In this document: in pieces, positions 6,710 to 14,700 of the stretch
Layout: every line of letters begins with the position of its first letter
How positions within the stretch are numbered: position 1 is the first letter of the stretch
Origin: a virus
DNA length: 34,957 bases
IMG/VR virus record: IMGVR_UViG_3300011921_000003
Direction: 5' to 3' (one strand)
Translations under genes and position numbers: made by a program
The notes under the pieces: model-generated
What the model was told of the DNA's origin: nothing
Database searches by the model: none
What the model saw: only the letters and a program-made list of their open reading frames with translations

Positions 6710-7338
6710 GCTACATCATTGGAAATTTACCGCCAATTAAGTGCTTTGTGCGGCGTGAATTTTTATACAATTTTGAGAAAGGCCACGGTGAGCTTGAGCC
6801 TTGCATCTGGGTAAGCATTAAGGCAATCCGTGGGCAAGTATTTCGCATTGAAAGCCTGTTGCCACGGTACGGCGCTTTGTACGATAAGTTGCCTATCCAG
6901 GCTTATGTTTGGAATACTAAACATGGGGATCTGGATTACGACATATTGCAGCTATGGGATTGTATGGGCTACAGGTTTACGGTCCACGAAAAGATTGGCT
7001 TGCGTAACCTTGGGGTCAAATTTCTAGGTAAAGACAAAGAATGGCACTTTGGCAAATACCTGTTTACGGTAGACTTTTGTGCCGATGGTATGGATGTAGA
7101 CACAGGATTTACTGAAGTTGCAGAGGAACATAAATCATTTAACTTTATCCGGTTAGATAATGGGCAATTTGCAGCACAGCCTAACAACCGATGCCTTTGG
7201 TACGACCAGTCGCTAATACCGGCTAAGACTGACTTTCCAGACTTTCAAGCATCACGTCACATTTGGACAGTAGACGGGTCACGCAAATGGTCAGCTGGCG
7301 ACGATTGGTTTTACGACATTGGGGAACGGCATGAGTGA
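6706..7338 (+). CDS. Hypothetical protein (210 aa), the largest early protein without a recognisable motif
   Basis: The ATG at 6706 forms an ATGA overlap with the upstream stop. I recognised no family. Confidence 0.6.
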   Translation: MSYIIGNLPPIKCFVRREFLYNFEKGHGELEPCIWVSIKAIRGQVFRIESLLPRYGALYDKLPIQAYVWNTKHGDLDYDILQLWDCMGYRFTVHEKIGLRNLGVKFLGKDKEWHFGKYLFTVDFCADGMDVDTGFTEVAEEHKSFNFIRLDNGQFAAQPNNRCLWYDQSLIPAKTDFPDFQASRHIWTVDGSRKWSAGDDWFYDIGERHE

Positions 7339-7660
7339 ATACAGCCCACATCCCGCTATTGAGTACATTTGGGACAATGCGCCGGCATATGCCAAAGCAA
7401 AGGGCGAACTGGCGCAACTGGAAGCGTTCAAGTCAAGCCTAAAAGCCATTTTGATGAAAGAATCAGGCGAAACTAGCATTGGAGGCCAAGAGCGAGAGGC
7501 TTATGCCAACCCAAAATACCAAACCCATTGTGACGCAATCGGGGCAGCAACCGAGCAGGCCGAGCTACTTAAATGGCGTATGACAAGCGCACAGATGCGA
7601 TTTGATGCATGGCGCACCGAGCAAGCCAGTAACCGACAAATTGAGAAAATAACAAAATGA
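7331..7660 (+). CDS. Hypothetical protein (109 aa, helical)
   Basis: The ATG at 7331 overlaps the previous stop ('ATGAGTGA'). The ORF is in the operon orientation. Confidence 0.55.
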   Translation: MSEYSPHPAIEYIWDNAPAYAKAKGELAQLEAFKSSLKAILMKESGETSIGGQEREAYANPKYQTHCDAIGAATEQAELLKWRMTSAQMRFDAWRTEQASNRQIEKITK

Positions 7661-7839
7661 AAGATTATTCTGAAAGCCTTATTAAACTTAAAAAATTGAT
7701 GCACCAATATCAAAACGCAATTTTAAAGGGCCAATACAACGCATCTGCTGATATTGCCGTGGATATGCAAATTGTTGTTGTTGATCTGCAAGAATGGTCG
7801 GAGGCTCAAGTTGAACAAAGTACAACGCAAACACTTTGA
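7657..7839 (+). CDS. Hypothetical small protein (60 aa)
   Basis: ATGA overlap with the previous gene. Confidence 0.45.
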   Translation: MKDYSESLIKLKKLMHQYQNAILKGQYNASADIAVDMQIVVVDLQEWSEAQVEQSTTQTL

Positions 7840-8077
7840 AAAACTTGCAGAGCTTGGATGCTCGTTGTGCCGACACTTGGGATATGGGGAAACACCAGCC
7901 CATATTCATCACATTAGACGATTAGGAATGAAACGTGAAAATGCGCCGGTTATACCGTTATGCCCAAATCACCATACCGGCAATGATGGGGTACATGGAC
8001 TGGGCAAAAAGGCGTTTGCTCAAAAGTATGGGGTTACAGAAGAAGATTTATTAGCCCAGACTGAGGCGCTATTGTGA
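7811..8077 (+). CDS. Ref-like (RecA-dependent, HNH-superfamily) nuclease
   Basis: 'LGCSLCRHLGYGETPAHIHHIR...PLCPNHHTGNDGVHGLGKKAFAQKYG' matches my memory of Ref-family recombination-enhancement nucleases. The probable start is the TTG at 7811 (GGAGG 6 nt upstream). The track ORF runs from 7754. Confidence 0.6.
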   Translation: MNKVQRKHFEKLAELGCSLCRHLGYGETPAHIHHIRRLGMKRENAPVIPLCPNHHTGNDGVHGLGKKAFAQKYGVTEEDLLAQTEALL

Positions 8078-8424
8078 TTGCCACACTACAGTTGCCGTTA
8101 CCGCCATCAATGAATACATATTGGCGCAATTTCAGAGGCAGGACAATACTTAGTCAAGGCGGCAGAGATTACAAACTGGCGGTGCAAGAATACGTTACTG
8201 TCAACAAAGTGCCTAATTTTGGTTCAAGCAGGCTTATGGCGATCATTACAATATTCCCAAGGGATAGGCGCAGCATTGACCTAGACAACAGGCTAAAAGG
8301 CTTATTTGACGCTTTGCAGGATGCCGGCGTGTTTGAGGATGACGGACAGTTTGACAAAATAGAGATTGCAAGGGGGTCGATTAAATCAGGTGGCGGTTGT
8401 ACAATTGTGATAGCTATCTTGTGA
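8074..8424 (+). CDS. rusA: RusA-family Holliday junction resolvase
   Basis: 116 aa. 'LPLPPSMNTYWR...' and 'DLDNRLKGLFDALQDAGVFEDD' are the catalytic Asp-rich signature blocks of RusA. It has a GTG start in a GTGA overlap. Confidence 0.85.
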   Translation: MIATLQLPLPPSMNTYWRNFRGRTILSQGGRDYKLAVQEYVTVNKVPNFGSSRLMAIITIFPRDRRSIDLDNRLKGLFDALQDAGVFEDDGQFDKIEIARGSIKSGGGCTIVIAIL

Positions 8425-8431
8425 GGTCACT

Positions 8432-8788
8432 ATGGACTATCCTGCCGTTTTTGTCGCAACTTTGTTCCATAGCGGGACAAACGCACACTTTCAACATCTA
8501 ATGACCGATAGCTACGCAAAGCACGTTGCGCTGGCTGAGTATTACGATGGCATTGTTGATTTGACAGACAAATGGGCCGAGGCTTATCAAGGGTCTTATG
8601 AAATCATTAAATCCTATCCAAAGGATTTTCATTTAGCTACTGACCCCGTAAAATACATGACGAGCGTCAAAGCATTTGTTAAAGACATTCGCACCGAGTT
8701 GCCACAAGATTCAGAACTATCTAACATTGTTGATGAAATTGCAGGATTGATTGACAGTACGCTGTACAAGCTCAAATCATTTAAATAA
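8432..8788 (+). CDS. Hypothetical helical protein (118 aa), possibly a ferritin/Dps-like four-helix bundle
   Basis: The His-rich helical N-terminus 'LFHSGTNAHFQHLMTDSYAKHVALAEYY' gives only a weak resemblance. Confidence 0.55.
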   Translation: MDYPAVFVATLFHSGTNAHFQHLMTDSYAKHVALAEYYDGIVDLTDKWAEAYQGSYEIIKSYPKDFHLATDPVKYMTSVKAFVKDIRTELPQDSELSNIVDEIAGLIDSTLYKLKSFK

Positions 8789-8818
8789 ACCCCAAAAGCT
8801 CGGCAAAGCTGATGGGGT
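8789..8818 (+). other. Stem-loop between the early and late gene blocks (possible weak terminator or processing site)
   Basis: 'accccA' (8789..8794) pairs with 'Tggggt' (8813..8818), with an inner 'agct...agct' pairing. There is no clear T-tract afterwards. Confidence 0.3.
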
Positions 8819-8847
8819 TCTAACCAAACAACTATTAGGGAGTTGAT

Positions 8848-9342
8848 ATGGCTGACAATATTTTATTGCAAGAGCAAGTTAAAAAATTGTTTTTGTACAA
8901 AGATGGTGATTTTTTTTGGCAAGTAAAACCAACAAAACGGTTTGAAATTGGCAAAAAAGCAGGTACTTTATCAAAACGAGGTTGTTGGCATATAGGTTTT
9001 AACGGGAAATTGTATAAAGCGCATAGGCTGATATTTCTTTATCATCATGGTTACATACCAACAGAAATAGACCACATTGACAACAACCCACTAAACAATC
9101 GAATTGAAAACCTAAGACCGGCATCTCGCTCTGAAAACCTAAGAAATACTAGGAAAAGAGCTGATAATAAATCAGGTTACAAAGGGGTTTGTTGGGATAA
9201 AAGATCAAAAAAATGGCGTACTGTATGTTCAGTTAATAAAAAACAATACAGCGCAGGTTCTTTTAAAGATTTAGATATTGCAATAAAATTCGTTCAAGCA
9301 TTGCGACAATCGCTTCATTTGCAATTTACAAAACATGAATAG
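8848..9342 (+). CDS. HNH homing-type endonuclease with a C-terminal AP2-like DNA-binding domain
   Basis: 'HRLIFLYHHGYIPTEIDHIDNNPLNNRIENLRPASRSEN' is an HNH_3-type motif. 'SGYKGVCWDKRSKKWRTVCSVNKKQYSAGSF' is an AP2-type motif. Confidence 0.8.
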   Translation: MADNILLQEQVKKLFLYKDGDFFWQVKPTKRFEIGKKAGTLSKRGCWHIGFNGKLYKAHRLIFLYHHGYIPTEIDHIDNNPLNNRIENLRPASRSENLRNTRKRADNKSGYKGVCWDKRSKKWRTVCSVNKKQYSAGSFKDLDIAIKFVQALRQSLHLQFTKHE

Positions 9343-9349
9343 GTGAACC

Positions 9350-9502
9350 ATGAAAGCCGGTTTGTACGCCAATATTTTAATGAAACAAGAAAGGATCAAA
9401 GCAGGCAGCGGCGAAAAGATGAGAAAGCCAGGTGATCCAGGCGCACCCACGGCTAAAGACTTTAAAGAATCAGCCAAGACTGCCAAGGACAATAAGAAAT
9501 GA
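9350..9502 (+). CDS. Small basic conserved phage protein (50 aa, below the ORF-track cutoff)
   Basis: The ATG at 9350 has an 'aggtga' SD. Translation: MKAGLYANILMKQERIKAGSGEKMRKPGDPGAPTAKDFKESAKTAKDNKK. Its stop overlaps the next ATG (ATGA). The sequence type recurs in many phages as far as I recall. Confidence 0.5.
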   Translation: MKAGLYANILMKQERIKAGSGEKMRKPGDPGAPTAKDFKESAKTAKDNKK

Positions 9503-9783
9503 CAGCGGCTTGGCAACGCAAAGAAGGGCAAAACCCTGCTGGCGGTCTTAATGCCAAGGGTCGAGCGAGTGCCAAAGCAGAGGGCATGAACCTCAAGCCA
9601 CCCGTTAAGTCAGGCGATAACCCAAGACGAGCCAGTTTTCTTGCACGAATGGGCAATATGCCAGGGCCAATGGAAAAAGACGGGAAACCCACTAGGTTAG
9701 CCTTAGCCTTAAAAGCATGGGGTGCATCAAGCAAAGAAGATGCAAGGTCAAAAGCTAAGAATATCAGCGAACGCAATAAGTAA
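9499..9783 (+). CDS. Small basic conserved phage protein (94 aa)
   Basis: 'WQRKEGQNPAGGLNAKGRASAKAEGMNLKPPV...PRRASFLARMG' resembles an uncharacterised phage/bacterial family, from memory only. Confidence 0.55.
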   Translation: MTAAWQRKEGQNPAGGLNAKGRASAKAEGMNLKPPVKSGDNPRRASFLARMGNMPGPMEKDGKPTRLALALKAWGASSKEDARSKAKNISERNK

Positions 9784-9827
9784 GCTAAACTCAACCAATC
9801 TTAAATCTAAGACCATTGAGAAAAGAT

Positions 9828-10139
9828 ATGGCAACTGAAAAACAATCTAAGATTATCAAAGGCGGCAAAAGGGAAGGCGCTGGTAGACCTGTTGGTATTC
9901 CTAACAAAAGCACAACCAAAGCTAGAGAGGCTATAGCAGCCTTTGTAGACGGTAATGCTGACAAACTACAAGAATGGCTTGACCAAATTGCAACAGATGA
10001 ACGGTATGGCCCAAAGACAGCCTTTGATTGTTTTATGGCTGTTGCTGAATACCACGTTCCTAAACTTGCACGAACCGAACATACTGGCGCTAATGATGGC
10101 CCAATTGAACTGGTGGTCAAGTGGCAAGACGGGAAGTAG
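9828..10139 (+). CDS. terS: Terminase small subunit (putative)
   Basis: The N-terminal 'GGKREGAGRPVGIPNKSTTKAREAI' is a DNA-binding motif. The gene is immediately upstream of terL and overlaps it. The track start is the TTG at 9816, and I prefer the ATG at 9828. Confidence 0.55.
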   Translation: MATEKQSKIIKGGKREGAGRPVGIPNKSTTKAREAIAAFVDGNADKLQEWLDQIATDERYGPKTAFDCFMAVAEYHVPKLARTEHTGANDGPIELVVKWQDGK

Positions 10140-11458
10140 TCCTGCCATATAGTCCACGGGGTGCGTTCAAGCCATTCCACAACAGAACCGAACGTTGGGC
10201 TTGCCTTGTTGCACACCGACGAGCCGGCAAGACAGTCGCAGCCATTAACGACATTGTTCGGGCTGCGCTCATGTGCAAAAGCACAAACCCACTATTTGCT
10301 TACATTGCGCCGTACCGCAGCCAGGCTAAGTCTGTGGCTTGGGATTACCTTAAACACTTTGCAGCACCAGTTCTCGCATCAAGCAACGAGGCCGAACTGA
10401 CCATCGAGCTTATAACTGGCGGCAAGATACGCTTGTTTGGGGCTGACAACGCAGATGCTATGCGTGGGCTTGGCTTTGATGGCGTATTCATGGATGAGTA
10501 CGGTGACTTCAGGCCATCAGTTTGGGGTAACGTCATTCGACCTACATTGTCAGACAAGCAGGGTTGGGCTGTGTTCGCTGGCACACCAAAAGGAAAAAAC
10601 CAATTTTGGCAGATATTTGAGCAAGCTAAACGAACGCCTGACGAGTGGTTTCATCTTGTTTTAAAGGCTAGTGAGTCTGGTCTGCTACCTGACACAGAGC
10701 TACGGGCAGCTGCCGCACAGATCAGCGATGACCAGTTCTTACAAGAGTATGAGTGTTCATTTGAGGCAGCTATCCTTGGCGCTTTTTATGGCGAGGACAT
10801 ACGCAAGATCACAGATGCCGGTCAAGTTAGGCGTGTTGATTACGATCCGCACCTACCGACTTACACTAGTTGGGATTTGGGCTATCGAGATGACACGGCT
10901 ATTTGGTGGTATCAAGTCGTGCGTAACGAAATCCATATCATTGATTATTTTGCAATAAGTGGTGCAAACATTGCAGAAATAGCTAAAATAGTCGTAGAAA
11001 AGCCGTATAAATACGCAAAACATTACCTACCCCATGATGCAAGGGCAAAAACTCTAGCAGCAGCGGGTAAGTCAGTTATTGAGCAATTGAGTGAGTATTT
11101 AGGTATTAACAACATGGCGATTGTGCCTGATTTGTCGGTGCAAGATGGGATTCAGGCGGTCAGACAGATGCTGCCAATGTGTTGGTTTGATAGCGAACGA
11201 ACGCATGATGGGCTAGAGGCTTTACGGCAATATCAACGTGAATACGACGAGGACAAGAAGGCATTTAGGCAAACACCCAGGCATGATTGGACAAGCCACC
11301 CAGCAGATGCGTTCCGAATGTTGGCAATTGCGTGGAGGCTAGAGCCAAAGGTTAAGCAGCCAGATGTTGTTAAACCATTGATTGTCGGGCCTGAGAACAC
11401 AGTTACTTTAAATGATATGTGGGCAACCCACACCACTAACCGGAGTAGAAGATTATGA
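10121..11458 (+). CDS. terL: Terminase large subunit
   Basis: 445 aa. It has a Walker A-like 'AHRRAGKT' and a Walker B-like 'DGVFMDEYGDF', followed by a C-terminal nuclease-type region with conserved acidic residues ('SWDLGYRDDTA', 'HYLPHDA'). It has a GTG start overlapping terS. Confidence 0.85.
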   Translation: MARREVVLPYSPRGAFKPFHNRTERWACLVAHRRAGKTVAAINDIVRAALMCKSTNPLFAYIAPYRSQAKSVAWDYLKHFAAPVLASSNEAELTIELITGGKIRLFGADNADAMRGLGFDGVFMDEYGDFRPSVWGNVIRPTLSDKQGWAVFAGTPKGKNQFWQIFEQAKRTPDEWFHLVLKASESGLLPDTELRAAAAQISDDQFLQEYECSFEAAILGAFYGEDIRKITDAGQVRRVDYDPHLPTYTSWDLGYRDDTAIWWYQVVRNEIHIIDYFAISGANIAEIAKIVVEKPYKYAKHYLPHDARAKTLAAAGKSVIEQLSEYLGINNMAIVPDLSVQDGIQAVRQMLPMCWFDSERTHDGLEALRQYQREYDEDKKAFRQTPRHDWTSHPADAFRMLAIAWRLEPKVKQPDVVKPLIVGPENTVTLNDMWATHTTNRSRRL

Positions 11459-11766
11459 GCGGTATTCAACATCCATACGAGTATCAATACGAACACGTTG
11501 CGGTAAGTCAGACAGCACAAGTGTTAGGTGGCACAGGCGCAGTTGGTGATTACTTACACAGATTGATTTGCACTGTGTCTACTGCTCTTACAGGTAACGT
11601 AATTTTGTTAGATGGTGCATTTTCACACACGATTTTGCCAGTGTCAGCTGGAACAGGCGCAAACGTTTACAACATTGAAGTAAACGCTATTTCTCGTAGC
11701 GGGCCGTGGAAAATCACAACTGGCGCAGGCGTAGAAGTAATAGCTGTTGGCATTTTCAGCGCATGA
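11455..11766 (+). CDS. Small beta-rich protein (103 aa), distant paralog of 18651..19013
   Basis: It shares 'TAQV(L/I)xGxGAVG' near the N-terminus and 'W(K/V)(I/T)(T/I)TGA' near the C-terminus with the 18651 protein. It has ATGA overlaps on both sides. Confidence 0.6.
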   Translation: MSGIQHPYEYQYEHVAVSQTAQVLGGTGAVGDYLHRLICTVSTALTGNVILLDGAFSHTILPVSAGTGANVYNIEVNAISRSGPWKITTGAGVEVIAVGIFSA

Positions 11767-12353
11767 TCGTAGCGAGCGTATTGCGGTCAGGCGGTGATTT
11801 TAAGCCTGAACACGTTTATGCGTTGCAAAAGATGTGCGCTAAGTATTTGCCACCGCATGAGTTTGTGTGTCTGTCGGACGTTGAGTTGGAGTGCAAAACC
11901 ATTCCTTTGATGCATGACTGGGTTGGTTGGTGGGCAAAGATGGAATTGTTCAGGCTACCAAGTGCGCTGTATTTTGATCTCGACACAATGCTGACTGGTG
12001 ACTGTACGGCAATGATTGAAGCGGCAAAGCAGCACGATTTTGTAATTATGCGTGACGTTTATCGGGGTAAATACAACCCGAAAGCCATGCAAAGTAGCAT
12101 GATGTACTGGTCTAAGCCTGTTGATTTGTACGACAAGTTTGCAGCATTACAAATGTACGCAGCGGGTGGTGACCAGTCTTACATTGAACACTTTATGCGG
12201 GACAAAGTTACGTACTGGCAAGACATTGCAGACGGTATCGTGAGTTTTAAGGCTGATGTGCTACCAAACGGGTTAGAAGATGCCAAGGTAGTGATCTTTC
12301 ATGGTCATCCGAGGCCGTGGGAACAGACCAGAATCAAGTATTTAGAGGATTAA
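11763..12353 (+). CDS. GT-A-fold glycosyltransferase-like protein (196 aa)
   Basis: It has the N-terminal strand 'MIVASVLRSGGDF', a DXD motif after a hydrophobic strand ('SALYFDLDTML') and a 'GGDQSYI' block. This pattern is seen in phage nucleotide-sugar transferases. The start is the ATG at 11763 (ATGA overlap), not 11706. Confidence 0.45.
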   Translation: MIVASVLRSGGDFKPEHVYALQKMCAKYLPPHEFVCLSDVELECKTIPLMHDWVGWWAKMELFRLPSALYFDLDTMLTGDCTAMIEAAKQHDFVIMRDVYRGKYNPKAMQSSMMYWSKPVDLYDKFAALQMYAAGGDQSYIEHFMRDKVTYWQDIADGIVSFKADVLPNGLEDAKVVIFHGHPRPWEQTRIKYLED

Positions 12354-12354
12354 G

Positions 12355-14700
12355 ATGGAAGCACTCACCGGCGTTCAAAAGTGGCTAAACGTAATCAGCC
12401 AATACGACAACGAGTTTAAGAAGTGGGAGGCTCGTACTCAAAAGATAGTTAAACGCTATCGTGATGACAACCGCAATCAGAACACCAACGAAACCGCTAA
12501 ATTTAACATTTTGTGGTCTAACGTACAGACGCTGATCCCTGCGGTATATGCCAGGTTGCCAAAGGCTGATGTATCTAGACGATTTGGGGATAACGACCCA
12601 GTTGCCCGTGTTGCGAGTCAATTGATCGAACGTGCCTTGGACTTTGAGATTGAGCATTACACCGATTTCAGATCGACCATGAAACACGCAGTTGAGGACA
12701 GGTTCTTGGGTGGTCGAGGCGTGGCATGGGTGCGTTACGAGCCGCACGTTCGGGCGCAAGACATTCCTGAAGATGGGTTGCAAGTGACCGAAGATGTTGA
12801 CGAGGTTGACAGTACAGGTCAGCAAGTCAAAACCGCTATGACGCTTGATGGCGCTATGGGCGAAGAAGTCGAGCCACAAGAAGAAATTGAGTACGAATGT
12901 GCGCCAACTGACTATGTGCATTGGAAGGACTTTGGTCATTCGGTTGCCCGTACATGGGAAGAAGTCACTAGCGTCTGGCGCTGGGTGTACATGACAAAAG
13001 ACAGCCTGATTGAACGATTTGGCGAGGAAATGGCTAAATCTATCCCGTTGGATGCAGGGCCGGAAACCAATAAACAGTATTCAACTCAATCCAAAGACTT
13101 CACACGGGCTAAGATTTGCGAGATTTGGGACAAAGAAAGCGGCAAGGTGTACTGGATCAGCAAGAGTTGCCCAAACATTCTTGACGAGCGTGACGATCCG
13201 CTTGAGCTTGAGAACTTCTTCCCGTGTGCCAAACCTTTATACGCCACAATGACGAGCGACACGCTTGTGCCTGTGCCAGACTTTGTGTTGTATCAAGACC
13301 AAGCAACAGATTTAGACATTTTGACTGACCGTATTGACGGTTTGGTTAAGGCATTGCGTGTGCGTGGGGTTTATGACGCATCACAACCCACATTGCAGCG
13401 TCTTTTGACTGAGGGCGATAACAACACATTGATTCCAGTCGATAAGTGGATGGCGTTTTCTGAAAAGGGCGGTTTAAAAGGGTCGATTGACTTGTTGCCA
13501 ATTGATGTGTTGGCGGCAACGCTCATGCAATGCTATCGAGCAATGAATGAAATCAAAAACCAAATCTATGAAATTACAGGTATTAGCGACATTGTTCGGG
13601 GGCAAGGACAGGCATCTGAAACCGCTACGGCACAACAGATTAAGGGTCAGTATGCAGGACTGCGCTTGCGCTCGATGCAAGAAGATGTTGCCTTGTTTGC
13701 GAGTGAGCTATTCCAGTTAAAAGCCCAAGTCATTTGCACTAAGTTTCAACCCACAACGATTCTTATGTACGCTGCCGCACAAGGTATGCAGCCGGCAGAT
13801 CAGGCGCTGATCCCACAAGCCTTGCAGCTAATCCAAGACAAGCCATTACGCTCGTTCCGCATCCAAGTGGATTCAGATAGCTTGGTGCAGATTGACGAAA
13901 ACCAAAACAAACGTGAGCGAGTTGAGTTCTTGCAAGCGATGGGTGGGTTCTTGACGCAAGCGTTGCCAATGGGTCAACAAGCGCCAGAGTTAGTGCCTAT
14001 GCTGATCGAATTGGTCAAATTTGGCGTTGTCGCATATAAGAAGGCCGCACCGATTGAGGGTACGATTGACCAGGCTATGCAACAGTTGCAAGAAAAACAG
14101 CAGCAAATGGCGCAGCAGCCACCACCGCCAAACCCTGAAGTTATGAAGATGCAGGCAGAGCAGCAATTTGAGCAAATGAAGATGCAAGCTCAAGCCCAAA
14201 ACGAGCAAATGAAGATGCAGGCCACGGCGCAGGCTGAACAACTGAGGGCGCAAGCCGATATTCAGGTTGCCCAAGCCAAAGCGCAGGCTGATGTGCAGAT
14301 GCATCAAATGAAACTGCAAGCAGATGCTCAACTTGAGGCGCAAAAACAACAGTATATGCAGGCAATGGAACAAGCCAAGTTGCAAGCTGCCGAACAGTTA
14401 GAGAAATGGAAAACTGAGCTAGAGTCTGCAACCAAGATTATGGTGGCTAGGATTGGGGCGAACCCAGGCTTAGACTTGCCATTGCTTGAGGCTCAAGAGG
14501 CAGCAAGCACCAAGATTGCCGCAGAACTGGGTGACAATGTGACGCAAGCCATGAACCGCATGGTTCAGATGCACGACAACATGAGCAATATGCACAATAT
14601 GGCAATGGATAAAATCAACGGCGTGATGACTGTAATTGCAGCGCCTAAGAAGATTATCCGTGGCGCAGACGGGAGAGCCTCTGGGGTTGAACTTGCATGA
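12355..14700 (+). CDS. Portal protein with a long C-terminal helical (hendecad-repeat) extension
   Basis: 781 aa, positioned just after the terminase genes. The N-terminal 'KFNILWSNVQTLIPAVYARLPKADVSRR' is typical of podovirus (P22/epsilon15-like) portals as I recall. Confidence 0.8.
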   Translation: MEALTGVQKWLNVISQYDNEFKKWEARTQKIVKRYRDDNRNQNTNETAKFNILWSNVQTLIPAVYARLPKADVSRRFGDNDPVARVASQLIERALDFEIEHYTDFRSTMKHAVEDRFLGGRGVAWVRYEPHVRAQDIPEDGLQVTEDVDEVDSTGQQVKTAMTLDGAMGEEVEPQEEIEYECAPTDYVHWKDFGHSVARTWEEVTSVWRWVYMTKDSLIERFGEEMAKSIPLDAGPETNKQYSTQSKDFTRAKICEIWDKESGKVYWISKSCPNILDERDDPLELENFFPCAKPLYATMTSDTLVPVPDFVLYQDQATDLDILTDRIDGLVKALRVRGVYDASQPTLQRLLTEGDNNTLIPVDKWMAFSEKGGLKGSIDLLPIDVLAATLMQCYRAMNEIKNQIYEITGISDIVRGQGQASETATAQQIKGQYAGLRLRSMQEDVALFASELFQLKAQVICTKFQPTTILMYAAAQGMQPADQALIPQALQLIQDKPLRSFRIQVDSDSLVQIDENQNKRERVEFLQAMGGFLTQALPMGQQAPELVPMLIELVKFGVVAYKKAAPIEGTIDQAMQQLQEKQQQMAQQPPPPNPEVMKMQAEQQFEQMKMQAQAQNEQMKMQATAQAEQLRAQADIQVAQAKAQADVQMHQMKLQADAQLEAQKQQYMQAMEQAKLQAAEQLEKWKTELESATKIMVARIGANPGLDLPLLEAQEAASTKIAAELGDNVTQAMNRMVQMHDNMSNMHNMAMDKINGVMTVIAAPKKIIRGADGRASGVELA
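14143..14439 (+). repeat. Nine consecutive 33-bp (11-aa) repeats inside the portal gene
   Basis: MKMQAEQQFEQ / MKMQAQAQNEQ / MKMQATAQAEQ / LRAQADIQVAQ / AKAQADVQMHQ / MKLQADAQLEA / QKQQYMQAMEQ / AKLQAAEQLEK / WKTELESATKI. The first three units are also clearly repeated at the DNA level ('atgaagatgca...gagcaa'). Confidence 0.85.

Noticed and set aside
9350-9783. The two small basic ORFs as a frameshifted pseudogene of a single gene.
   Set aside because: The ATGA stop-start overlap is the same coupling device used throughout this genome, and both ORFs have intact starts. Nothing in the sequence requires a frameshift.
10161-10958. Alternative-frame plus-strand ORFs inside terL (79, 75 and 95 aa) and inside other large genes (for example 13010..13252, 16673..16870, 19943..20212, 30023..30250).
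   Set aside because: They are embedded out of frame in genes with strong family motifs, and they have no independent start signals or recognisable motifs. The one accepted embedded gene is the o-spanin, which has a lipobox signal peptide.
12385-12939. 184-aa ORF on the minus strand inside the portal gene. Similar long antisense ORFs occur at 27822..28463, 27030..27506, 26334..26747, 9791..10216, 5195..5647 and 19021..19428.
   Set aside because: All are fully antisense to well-supported, motif-bearing plus-strand genes in a tightly coupled operon. They have no RBS or overlap logic and have low-complexity or odd composition. I treat them as shadow ORFs.
13990-14431. Minus-strand ORFs (131 aa and 96 aa) rich in Leu, His and Cys, opposite the portal repeat region.
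   Set aside because: They are an artefact of the Q/A/K codon repeats (CAG/GCA/AAG), which read as open frames on the other strand.
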